A stretch of DNA of 63,505 nucleotides, filler included, from Blastocystis sp. subtype 4 (taxonomy: Eukaryota), in the NCBI RefSeq assembly GCF_000743755.1. It is 4 parts of 4 records of this genome, joined end to end, with 100 filler letters (N's around TTAATTAATTAA, not from the genome) between each part and the next. Parts side by side here need not be neighbours in the genome. Positions count along the whole stretch, not along the records: positions 1 to 16,873 come from NW_014569313.1; 3 more parts are not named here. One strand, 5' to 3'. A program made the translations under genes and the position numbers. Shown piece after piece: positions 1-11,683 of the stretch. The notes below the pieces were generated by a model, which saw only the letters and a program-made list of their open reading frames with translations, ran no database searches and was not told the origin of the DNA. Position 1 is the first letter of the stretch; the number at the start of each line of letters is the position of its first letter.

Positions 1-1301
1 ACTTACAGATCCAGCATTCATCAACCATTCACTCTTTTCAGGAACACTCAATTCAAAGTTGAAATGTCGACTTGCTTCTCGTTGATTGTCTGGAAGTCGA
101 AATTCACTCAATACTCCCCATTCATCATTCACACTCAATCCAGCACTACTATCCCATCCACCAGTTTCTCCTATTGTTGCCATTACAAATTGATAAGAAC
201 CAGGAGTCCAACAGATGTTATGTTTTTTTGATGGCTGATCTCCAATTGGTTCAAATAAAACTTCATTCTGACTATTCAATACTTTCCATTGTTCAAGTAC
301 TCCAATACTTCGAAAATTGATTACCATCAATGTCAGTCCAGGAGGACATACATCTACAGCCAGAATGAATGAAAATGAGCCAGTTCCAATAGAATTTGAT
401 GTAGTGATTGTATATGTCTCATACAGAGGCTTTGACACCTTCCCTGACAAACGAATCACTCCATTTGTGATTTCAACTCCTTGTGGAAAAGGAGGGGTAA
501 CACTGAAATTCCCATGAACTCCATCTACTTGAATTTTTGTATTCAATGATTCACCATCATATGCAGTTACAAGTGAAGGGAGTGAAATCACAGGTATCTT
601 CGTAGGAGTAATCTCAAAGGACCCCTTCTCTGTCTCTCCTTCATGCATGATTGAACTCAAATAGTACAAACCATGCTCATCAACAATGTAGAAGGAACAA
701 TCATAATACGAGCCACATATGAACTCATATTCATATGACAGTCTAGGAATACAAATGGAACAATATAAGGATGAAGGTTGTGAAATGGTCTTATTGTAGT
801 ATACTTGATCACCACTTCTTAATATTAGAGTACCTTCTCTCTCACCTTGAAAATGGGGAAACAAATAATCTCCATAGACACAACCGTGAATTGTCAACAA
901 GAACGTAGTATTAGCCGAACCAAATGGATTCCTTGCTTTGAAAATGAACTCAGTTTCAGGAATCACTTCTCTTATATATCCAGTTATAACTCCATAAGAA
1001 ATATAAAGTTCGGAAGGAAGAGAAGGAGATACACTCCATTCAACTCTCTCTCCATCACTTTTCAAATATAGTTTTTCAATAAAAGTATATCCAGCCAATT
1101 CTATTCTGGTTAATACTTCTCCTACCTCATTCTCAATCCATACTCGTGTTGGGGCATTAAAGTTATCTATACATCATTTCTAGATATAATTGAGTGCGTG
1201 GGGATCTAGCAAGAGCAAAATTTGCAACAGTACAGAATAGAATGAGTTCTATTGATGAGCGGATGTGTAATGAGTATACTAAATGAAATACCTATGTTCA
1301 T
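1..1301 (-). CDS. 5' part of a large putative secreted/surface protein (probably same lineage-specific family as 50485-52414); runs off the window edge
   Basis: Minus-strand coding frame running to position 1 (e.g. ICWTPGSYQFVMATIGETGGWDSSAGLSVNDEWGVLSEFRLP); candidate ATG at 1301 followed by short GT-AG introns. Start is approximate. Confidence 0.6.
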
Positions 1302-1774
1302 TTTGAAAACAAATGTGGATCCTGGAAACTCATATGCTGACTGAAGTTTCAAAGAAAGTTCCCTATATTATTTGAATGAACTCGTCATCATTTCCAAATT
1401 CCCGTTATTTCGTTTCCTTTGAATCGTCATCTTCAAATCCCTTGATTACAAATCCATAATCAGTGGTGAGTTAGTCAATGATGTTGCCTATTCATACAGA
1501 TTAGAAGACGGATTAGATGTTTCACTATATACATCTGTTCATTATTCATTCTAGTGTTTTGGCATTTTTGCATTCAATTCATTTGCTTATTTTAATATCA
1601 TTGAGGCAGAAACCATAGATTCAAACGAATAGTCGTTTATCTGTTCAAATCTCACTGGCGCAATAAGAGGCTAAGGAATCGGAACTATTCTTGCACTTCC
1701 CACAATCGTTTGTCAGAATCAAATCACCAGTTCTACTGGTTAGAAGGGAGTTAGGTATTTAGAATAATTATACA

Positions 1775-2669
1775 ATGGCAGGCCAGACAAGTGACAGTTA
1801 TATTGGCAAGATTGTATCACTCATTTCTACGGCAAGCATTCGCTATGAGGGAACGATCCAATCTATTGATAACGACAAGATCACACTGAAAAATGGTATT
1901 TGAACGGGTCTGTTAGTGATTAATAGTGCGTATTTTTGGAACAGAGGATCGTAAATGTGAAGTCTTTATAGGAATGCTCAATGACATCAGACCTCTTATT
2001 TCGTTTAATAGGTCAGGAATTAGTTCAATTCGTATCATTTCTAATGTAGTTTTTGGAATACGGAGTTTGAGCATAGTATTCATTCTTTGATCCGAGTATT
2101 GTGAGTGGAGGAGAGGATTTAGTGGTATATTAGAGTTTGTTCACTTACCTTTAGGGAGAACAGCAGACAGCACCTCAACAGAGAAGAATGGTATAATTTT
2201 ATTTGTTGTTTCATTTGAAGTTCGATTATGACACTATGAATACCCAAAGAACCAATAATCCACGAGTATGCACATTGTTCCTTTTTTATTATAGCGTCAT
2301 GGCAAATTCACTCCAATGGGATACGAAGATGAGTTGGAGGAGCCAATAACAAATGACTTTGATTTTGAGGAATCCAACAAATTGTTTGATAAGGATGAAG
2401 ATGTTGTTGATACTGCTTCTCCTGCGTATCGGAAGGAAGATTTCTTTGATACGCTCCAGGATTCTAGCAAGGAAAAGTCGATATCGTAGAAGAGTGTTAG
2501 ATGTAGAGGAGTAGAAGGAGGTAATCGTTACCGTGGAAAGGATGCAGAGACCTTTGGGCAGAAGTCATTGAATGAGCGTTACCGACAGAACCGTGGTCGG
2601 TATTACCGTGGATCCTTCAGAGGACGTCGTGGAGGATACAGGGCCAATCGCACAGGGGAAGGATTCTGA
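1775..2669 (+). CDS. LSM14: Lsm14/Scd6/RAP55 P-body protein (multi-exon)
   Basis: Spliced N-terminus MAGQTSDSYIGKIVSLISTASIRYEGTIQSID...VRIFGTEDR (Lsm14 domain), then FDF (DFDFEESN), FFD (EDFFDTL) and TFG (DAETFG) boxes and an RGG-rich tail. TGA 2667-2669; TGTTTGTT at 2692. Confidence 0.93.
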
Positions 2670-2803
2670 GTGTCTATTAAGTACTGAACGTTGTTTGTTT
2701 CTAATTTCGCTCCATGGGGATTCGGAAACTGAAAAAGTTTATTACAGAGGCTCCCTCTCTTCATTCTACTCTTGTTGATACAACGTAACACAATAACAGA
2801 GGC

Positions 2804-4703
2804 ATGAGGAATAGATGTGAATCTGCTTGTGTTGTCATTGATGGAATGTCTTTATTTTATTCATTGGCCAAAAATATTATTAGAAAAGGAGTACCGTGTA
2901 TGTTTTCGTATCCAGAAGTACGAAAGGAGGTCTTTAAGTTCATGGATTACTTGACCGCCAAGAATATTGTTGTGAAATGTGTTTGTCTTGATGCTCTCTT
3001 TGATCCCGATAAGATCTCTGAGTATGGAAAACGAGTGTATGAACGGGGTCAGGACATTCAAGTTGCATGGAACAGCTATTTTCGACACAGACGTAACCAT
3101 TATCGTCGAATCTGATGTCTAGCCTACGAGACTCTCACCTTCACTACATCTATTATGATTATTCAAGCTATTGAAGAGTATTCCCATGGATCGGTAGTAT
3201 TCAAAACTGGTGGAGTAGATCCAGATCGGTTGAACTAGATTTCTTTCCTCATTCTTAGTGATGTTGCTCGGTATTGCTTACAGTATGATGCTTATGCTGT
3301 CACCAATGATTCGGATTTCTTTGTTTATAAGATTCCTGGTGTAATTGATCTGGATGATCTTTTATCTGCCTATCAAAATGAAAGTAGATACAATATGTGG
3401 ATATCGATATAGCTCTCACATTGGTTCAGAAATCAGTTCGTGTTTACACATTATCCAGAATCCTCGATCATTATAAACTCAATTACGAGCAATACCTCTT
3501 TTGTTTAATAACAAAGGGCAATGATTTTGTTCCTACTACGCTTGTTTCTCAGGCTTTAGTTGGAAAGAATCATGGTTATCAATTTCGTGGTCTTTTTGTA
3601 GATGTGAAGAGAAAGATGCCTTCTGATAAACGAGAAGACTTCGCATTACTATATGAGAAGTGCAATAATAATCGAAGGAAGCTGAATGCTCATACTGTAT
3701 TTATTTATTATCGTTCTTATGGATAGTATCTCCACGTTGCAGAGAAATACGATGTAAAAAGATACCCAGAGAATCCTCTATGTTTCTTTGGTGATGATAT
3801 TTTGACAACCAATTTTGCGTTATCAGAATCTATCATTCAAACGCTTTTGAAATTGCAAAGTCCATACACTTCTGCTCAACTCAATGTCATCTTCAATAAT
3901 TTCTATGTTCTCCCTCCCTTGTATTTATCTGGAATTCGAAAAAATGTTATAAAATATACAGAGAAATGTCTACATGCATTTTCAGAGCTCATTACCGTCT
4001 GATTTACTTAGGATTCTCATTTCTAGGGAAACAAGCAATTTCATGTTGTAGTCATTCATGAAATGAATGGAGATCGAGTAAACACAATACAAGTCCCTCA
4101 ACCTTGTAATTATCACCAATTGCTTACACGACTCAATAACACGGTGAATATTCGTTTATATCCAGTGACTGAACGCAAAAGAATACTGATGCAACTGATC
4201 CCCTCATTGAAAACGATTTCATTGAATTCTATTCCAGACCTTGATTTGTTGTTTGCATGTTGCTTAGGGTAGTTTAGTAGTGTTACTGTCAGTGTAGATG
4301 GGTACAAGGAATCCTTCGTGTAGTTCTTCCTAAAGATTGCCGTTTCTGGATGAGTATTCTCATTCGAAGCTTTTTCCACCACTCAGAAATGCATGGAACA
4401 GTCGAAGAGGGAGCATTCCATTGTAAAGATAAGATTCGACGTACTGCTATTATGATGCACTCTTTGTTCTCAGTTCTGTTTTGTTGTTCTTTTAATCCTA
4501 GATGGCCGTGAATTTGTGTATGTCATTCTTTTGTTATCTTGACCTGCCCTCCGATCCTTCGTTTCTTCACGTATGTGCAACATCCGTTGTCTCATTTATA
4601 GAATTGTTGTTGCCATTGTACGATATTCTACGCCTCTATAGACGTCACTTCAGAGATCCAATCAGAGACAGAAGAACTTTTTCTTTCTCTTTTTTGCAAG
4701 TGA
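2804..4703 (+). CDS. Asteroid/XPG-like PIN-domain nuclease family protein (multi-exon)
   Basis: Motifs VVIDGMSL, VCLDALFDPDK, AVTNDSDFFVY, KGNDF typical of the FEN1/XPG/asteroid group. After a 31-nt intron (4571-4601) the frame ends at TGA 4701-4703, 5 nt before TGTTTGTT (4706). Confidence 0.75.
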
Positions 4704-4765
4704 AATGTTTGTTGATTCAAATATTAAACCGGCATTTCGGATTACGGTATTCTGTCAAATACAGT

Positions 4766-5877
4766 ATGACTGAGGAAGACACGATCAAGCAGGGATCTCC
4801 CAGTTTTCTGGACAAGCTGTATACTATCTTGGAGGAAGAATCTCCTCACATCATTTCGTGGAACGGAGAAGGAGATACTTTTATCATCTTTTCACCAGAA
4901 CTTTTCTCTCAAAAGGTGATGAGCAAGTATTTCAAATCTACCAAGTTCAATAGTTTTGTGCGCCAGTTGAACTTTTATGGTTTTAAAAAGACGACTCGAG
5001 ACCCATCGTCTGATGATAAATCCCTTTCAAGTCGGTTCTGGGAATTTCGGCATCCCCAGTTTTTGCGTGGAAGAAGAGATTTATTGTGCAAAATTCATCG
5101 GAAACAAATTGGAGATGGTGATATTGACACCGAATCACGGTTTCGAGAATTAGAACGGGAAGTGCAGTATTTGTATCAAATTGTTTCGGAACTGAGTCAT
5201 TGGAAGGTAAGAACCCCTATTTGGTAATTATTGTAGTTGGAAGTGTGTACACGGTATCCAGGATTAGTGACAGAAGGGATCATAGATCAACTAAAACAGC
5301 AATCTATGGACTATGTATTGATTCTGTTGTTTTGTGAGTTAGATGACAAAGGAACCAGTATCTATGATGGATCCTCAAATGAAGCAATGGTCTTCCGCTA
5401 TGGTCCAGCGAGGTATCCAGTACCAGCAGACTCAACAGCAAATCCCTATGGCAATGTCCAATACGCTTCCCATCAACAGTGATGCTCTTCCCTCCATGAC
5501 ACTACAGCCCAAGCAAACACAGAACATGTACATGGACGAGACGATGCTTCCTCCTCATTCAAGTATAATGCGTGGCGGAAATCCAGATGGTAATATTCAA
5601 ATCACGAAGCGACGTTGGCCTGATGATTGAAGTTGATGTATAGGGAAAAATCCTGCCTATTCAATGACTTCTACTTCCAATGACTTGGGTCTTTCGGGTA
5701 AGAGTTTGATTCTTAGGTAAGCTATAGAAGAAGATCAAGTTGGAATTGATTCGTCAGCAATCTCATTACCTATTCCAGATGGAATGCCAAATAATCCCAG
5801 TTCGATTTCATTCTCTTTCTTCATGTGTAGTGTCTATTTACTCCCAAGATTATTATCCACCTCAGAATTATCGCTAA
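4766..5877 (+). CDS. Heat shock factor (HSF)-type DNA-binding transcription factor
   Basis: HSF DBD: SFLDKLYTIL...IISWNGEGDTFII...KYFKSTKFNSFVRQLNFYGFKK...WEFRHPQFLRG, then a short coiled coil and a Q/M/P-rich tail. TAA 5875-5877; TGTTTGTT at 5885. Confidence 0.92.
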
Positions 5878-6024
5878 TCTGATTTGTTTGTTTGATTACT
5901 ATTATGAGTTATTTCATTAGGATTCGACAGTTATTGCGATACGGTGTATTACTGTACGCGACTCTCGTTTATTTCCCGTTATTATGGAACTAGCTTTTCA
6001 TATCCACAGTATATTCTTTTTTTC

Positions 6025-7016
6025 ATGCTAGTTAATTGCCCACATTGCATGAGACCATTGAATATCAATGGTGCGATTGGTACTTTCACGGTATCTTCTT
6101 TTTTGGAATATGAAGTGTAGTGTCCGTATTGCCAGCGACAATCCCAAGGTGAGTTTGAGACAATGCATATAAGAAGTAGTTAATGGAAGCCAAGTCATTC
6201 CTCTTGGATTTGGAGGTCCTCAATCCACTCCCTTGAATCCATCAGTGTACTCGAATCCCTCTCCTGCGGTAAATCCGTCTGTGTATTCTAATCCTTCCCC
6301 TGCAATGAATCCAGCTATGTACTCTAATCCTTCCCCTGCGATGCGATATGGTCAGCAGCCCTGTCCTGTTCCTAGTCCATATGGCGGAGGTGCCTATGGT
6401 GGTACTCCTTGTCCAATTCCTCCAGTAGATCCTGTCACTTCAGCTTTCCAGATGGCATCAGGAGGCCAGTAAGTGTTGAGTAAACAAATAATGTAAAGGA
6501 ATGCAATTAACGTTAATGGTCTCCGTGTTGCATTGCAACAACTTGGTATTCAGTTGTCGGTGGAGATTTGCAACCAACTCTTTTTGAAGCATGATGCAGA
6601 TAGAAGTGGAAGCATTCAACTGAACGAATTCCGAAGTATTCAGCAAGAGGTCAATCAATGGGTGGTAGGTATCTCAGCGTGTTTCTTACTTCTAGTCTGT
6701 CTTCAATAGTTTGGATACTGATCATTCAGGAAAAATGGAATATGGCGAGTTTGTAGATGCAATGCGCAATCTCAAGTATACGTGGTTGGGATATGTAATG
6801 ATTAGTTTCAATATCGCTGATAATATGCTTCCTGTCGTGTTCAACAACATGGATAATCTTCATAATGGATACATAGATCTTAATGGATTTATCAAAGTTG
6901 TTTCAATCATTCAAGTTTTACAAATGAAAATGGCTTATTATGATCCTCAACAGAAGGGAACAATAAACGTTGATTTGAATGGTATCTTGGACATTGTGAT
7001 GGCGTTACCGTTGTAA
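6025..7016 (+). CDS. Penta-EF-hand protein (sorcin/ALG-2/peflin-like) with N-terminal LSD1-type zinc finger and Pro-rich repeats
   Basis: Spliced N-terminus MLVNCPHCMRPLNINGAIGTFTCPYCQRQ (introns 6091-6120, 6149-6179); NPSVYSNPSPA repeats; EF loops DADRSGSIQLNEF, DTDHSGKMEYGEF, DNLHNGYIDLNGF, DPQQKGTI. Confidence 0.85.
6233..6342 (+). repeat. Three degenerate 36-nt coding repeats (NPSVYSNPSPAx)
   Basis: Visible in the translation: NPSVYSNPSPAV NPSVYSNPSPAM NPAMYSNPSPAM. Confidence 0.85.
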
Positions 7017-7049
7017 TAGTATTTCCTTGTTTGTTTACAATGAACTTCA

Positions 7050-7057
7050 AACAAACA
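7050..7057 (-). promoter_or_regulatory. TGTTTGTT polyadenylation motif of Raptor
   Basis: AACAAACA on the + strand; an in-frame first-codon-position T lies 5 nt upstream (7062). Confidence 0.85.
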
Positions 7058-7061
7058 CATG

Positions 7062-10000
7062 AATTGTATATATAAACAATACCATTTAAATTAAACGTTG
7101 CTATTGCCATATCTAATGGATGCATTGTTACAGCTTGAAGATTTCCTAATGAAGCAGCTCGGAATCCTTCCAGTGTTCGAATCGATTGAATCTTGGTTCC
7201 TCGATCACTCATCAATACAACTTCAGAATTCAAACTTGTTGCCACCATAGTAGGGAGAGAAGGATGGACTTGGAGATTACTCATATACTCCGTTACAAAT
7301 AACGAGCTGATCTCATGATTAACACGCAAATCAATCGTAAGAGCATTTCCTGCAAAATCTCCAAGAATAATGGAATTCTCATCTTTTATTGCCATACTCA
7401 CAATACGATTATTTGAGCTTACAGAATATTCAAACACATTGGATACTTCCTTGCATCGTGTATCCATGCTGATTACGTGACCATCATACAGTCCGCAATA
7501 ATGCATGAATTCCCCGTGGGATTTCACTGACACAACAGTTGCCATGAATCCAGTCTCCTTACAACATACCAACCTCTCCTGATCCATGTCCCACACTTTG
7601 ACCAGTTGTGTGGATCCTGCACATGCCAACAACCCAGTGGATTGAGCCCAATCCATCACTACGGTGGGTGACGAGGTTGTAGGCCGATCTTTGGCAAAGA
7701 CCGGAAAAGCAAGGAAGGAGGAGATCATGCGAGGCTGACGCTTCTGATCGAGAGAAGGAATATCCCACACATACACACTGCCCTTCTGAGTGGCTTCTAC
7801 AAGTAAAGCTGATGAACTTGGGTTGATCCATGTCAGATCAGTTGAAGGAGCGTCCAACTTGGTGTCAATGGAATAGATCTGACGTTTCTCTTCATAATCA
7901 TAAATCATCACAGTACTGTTGACACCAACAGCCAGAGTACTATAGAATGGATGGAAACTAAGACAATGAATCGTACTGCCATTTGTATGGAAAACATCCT
8001 TCTGGGTTAAATGATGAACTTGCTTGAATTGGGCAACAGATTGTAAGAGAGAATACTCTGCTAGTGAACTTCCAGTGACAGTTTCATCGAATCGATTTCT
8101 CGATTCTTGGGATCTCTTTGATGGAGCGATTGGTAACTGTTTCACGAATCCATTGATACACCACTCCACAAATGTTTCTGGTAACCCAACCAATCCTAAC
8201 TGCACTTCCAGCCATGAGTCGATATGAGAGGATGTCTCTGGAGTGCTGGCTCCCTGGGCAGTCAATTGCAAGTTGCTGAAGGAAGGAGTCGTTGCAATAG
8301 CTGCCGGGATCAGACTTGTCATTCGAGCACTTGAACGACCTGAACGAGAACGAGACGTTGAGCCAGAGCCAGTGGAGATGGTTGGTAATGATGCACCTGT
8401 AGTGATCGCAGGAACTGAAGTAGCAGTATGAGATCGCCGTGAGGTTGTGAGAAAAGGAAGAGACGTATCTCCTAGAGTAGGAGAGGATTGTGAGGATCCT
8501 TCTGGAGTCATTGTTGGTATTCCCAAGGAAGCAGGACGATGCAGGGAACCACGTTGTTGACCCATCTGTAACAGAGAAGAGAAATCGAATATGGAAGGAG
8601 TTACAGGCAGTGATTCAGCATTCTTCAAATTGTCGACATTCTTACACACAACATTCACATAGTGACCAGCAGCCTTCCGAATAGCAAGATGAGGTTCAGC
8701 ATCCCTTAGAGAGAGGAACATTATCCAGTACTTCATATAAAACTGATTATGATGATCACTTGATCGATGAGACCCATCCGAATCGACATGGTCCAACAGA
8801 GTATCCACATCCAACTGATTCTTCAACACACGATCAACAAAGCATATCATATGAGCCAGGTGGTTACCTTGACAAAACACTTTCAGAATTAGACGTAATA
8901 ACTCACGACGAACCAATACAGAACACTCTCGATTCATTAGAATGCGTTTACTCACATTCTCAAGTAAGTCCTGATCATGGCGCAACGACACATCACGTTG
9001 TTCAATCATGATTTCAATTCCTTCACGTGTCATGTATTCATGAATACTCCCTGTGGTGACTGTAGACTCTGTGAATCCATATCCAACGAATGATTGAAGG
9101 AACAGTAAAGCAGCTGCTCGGACTTCAGGTTGAAAATCAGTTAACAACTTGAGCAAGTCACTGAAAGCAGAATCATGGTAGAAATAATCCTTCAAATCAT
9201 TACATTCACAACATAATAGAGAAAGTAACACACATGTCCAACAACGTAACTGCCAACAACCGGATTTGAGGTATTTCTTAATCAGTTGAGGAACTCCACT
9301 TTCTCGACATTTGACTTTGGCTAAATCATTTTCATGACAAGCAATACACAGAATATACTCAACTCGAGTGATGTCTTGCTCAGTAGGTTCAGGGTCTGCA
9401 TCTGCTCGAAGAAACGACAGTAGAAAAGTGAACAGATTCTGGATCAAATCCTCATGAACACGATAGTCAAATGATACGATACAAACCCACAGTCGGAGCA
9501 ATGAAGCACGATGATGTCGTTGCGCTCTAAATGATATCCTTTTTAAGGATGCGAAGTTGATAGAGGTGAGAATGGCAAGAACAGCATCATAACTCCGTTC
9601 AGCAAAGTCAGCCAGCAGATCGATTACGTTAATGGACTCTTGAAGAGATACTTGCTGTGTCATCTCATCACTGTTTAGAAGTTGGGCCAACATTGGAAAA
9701 TACTCTGGTATCTCACGAACATGCTGTGAAGTACAGATCTGAGTATTATCTGTTTAGTAATCCTTACAAATGAATAGAGTTCCTGAAGAACAGATCTAAA
9801 GAATGTCGTATGAAATGTGAATGTCTTGTGAGTACTATGAGAAATATTAGAACCTAGTAATTCATTGTGAACCATCATACCAACCTGAAGAAGGATTTAC
9901 TGTTAGCTTTGACACCTGTCGGATATGTGAATAGGGTTCAGTTGATTCTTCACTTTTCATACTCTCAGAAACTCCATCAATCTGCATACTAATCGATCGT

Positions 10001-11525
10001 TTTTGACTCTGAGCAAACTGACGTAGGAAATCTTCAATCACAGCATCCCACATCTACTCCCTCAGCTTTCTGAATCAACTCATACCTTCCACAACTGATG
10101 ACCTGACATGTCTTGAAAGCATGGCTTGCTTACAGGATGACAGTTAAAGAAACTCATAACACGCTTCAATTCAATTTGCAAACCTGAACCTACTTGAGCC
10201 AATAGGAAGTTACGAAACAGACTCGCAACCATTTCATCTGTTTTGAAGAGAAGTTTGTAAGTATCTAAATCACACTGATTCCATGCTATACAATCAGTAA
10301 TACAATCATAAACCATTCGTAACTTTCCCCGCGGTAATTCTCGGTCATACTAATTATTCAAAATTCATCTTTAATTATTACCGAACCACCTTCTAATCGA
10401 TATGCAAAATCTTCTTCAATTGTTTCCTCATCAATAATGTCTTGTGTAAGATTAAATGGCTGAATGTGACGCATGTGTAAATACCATCGGATGCTAGTAC
10501 GAAGTGGATCTGTTAAGCATGCTGTAAACAGATCTGCAGGAAAATCTGAATGAACTGGAAGTGTTTCAAGAGTATCTTACAATCATACAGAGAAATCACA
10601 TTTACCACAAGCACCGAGAAAATACACATCTGATGTCTCATCTTCAATAGTGTCAGTATTCAGTTCCATAAGATGGTTTAAAAGACAACCAGCATTATTA
10701 CAGTCCATTACATAGAGAGTAGGTGTCTTAATCCAGGACTATTCGGTTAAAACAAAACCTAGATAATACATGGATGACAGAAATAGGAACTGGTTTGTAT
10801 TTATCGTACCGTTTGTTGAATACCCAAATTTCACCCAAATCCGTAGGAGTGGGTACTCCATGACCATTATAGTGAAAAATTACACGATTCTGTGTAGCTT
10901 TGTCGCTGCTGGCACGGATTTCTTCACATGCAGCTTCCACATTGGTTAGAGATGGATCTAGCAAGTGTTTGGTGTGTAGCTTCATGTTATTCGATTCAAT
11001 CAACTAAACTCCACTACTTGACCGAAGTTGATTCTCATACTGTTTTTGAAGGGTTAGAGCAATATACCGAAAAGCATTCTTTTTCTGACTGAGACTGTTT
11101 AAATCTAAATGAAATAGTCTTAACGAAACCTACTTATCCAACATTCATCACCCATACCACAAGCATATGTAGAATCCTCCGGTATCTGATCAAAGTTAAG
11201 ACATAGAACCAAAATGATATCCTGCGTTTTCACCTAGAAGTCACTTTCACTCCTCAAGTTGACTTTCCGACGAATTCTCCACGAAGAAACGGACTCTGCT
11301 GGAAATGAAAGCGGCAAGCTGCATGACCCAATTACTGTTTCATCGTACCGACTTCCATCAAGAAATCTATCTCTATCATCAAGGATAGTAACATTTACTT
11401 CTTCTCTGCGTTCTTTTTCGATGTGCCACACTGAAAGGAGTCTTCATCCAGACCTAGTCTTGTTCTACAATAAACAATCACTTGAAAGAGTACCTTGATC
11501 GTTTCAGAAGGACTGTAGGACACAT
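7062..11525 (-). CDS. RPTOR: Raptor/KOG1 (TORC1 subunit); stop codon probably created by polyadenylation at 7062
   Basis: RNC motifs LVLCLN, RVIFHYNGHGVPTPTDLGEIWVFNK, PADLFTACLTDP, LFKTDEMVASLFRNFLLAQ; HEAT region (QPEVRAAAL); C-terminal WD40 repeats ending GIVYIYN. Start approximate. Confidence 0.93.
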
Positions 11526-11683
11526 CGTGAAATCAACGATGAAACTACAATGCTGACTAATAGATGATTGAGAGATATCTCAAGAAAGGGGGCTTTTTTG
11601 GGAATACCAGATTTCGTTAATGATACCTTATAACATTTATGTTCAAAAGTCAACAAATGCAAAAGAAACAACCTATTGTAACA

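Noticed and set aside
1376..1632. Possible tiny spliced gene between the surface-protein gene and Lsm14
   Set aside because: Intron-like segments and a plausible last exon exist, but I could not build a stop-free spliced model.
4502..5227. Apparent N-terminally extended HSF / asteroid-HSF fusion ORF
   Set aside because: Artefact of reading through a 31-nt intron. The spliced asteroid gene stops at TGA 4701-4703 and HSF starts at 4766.
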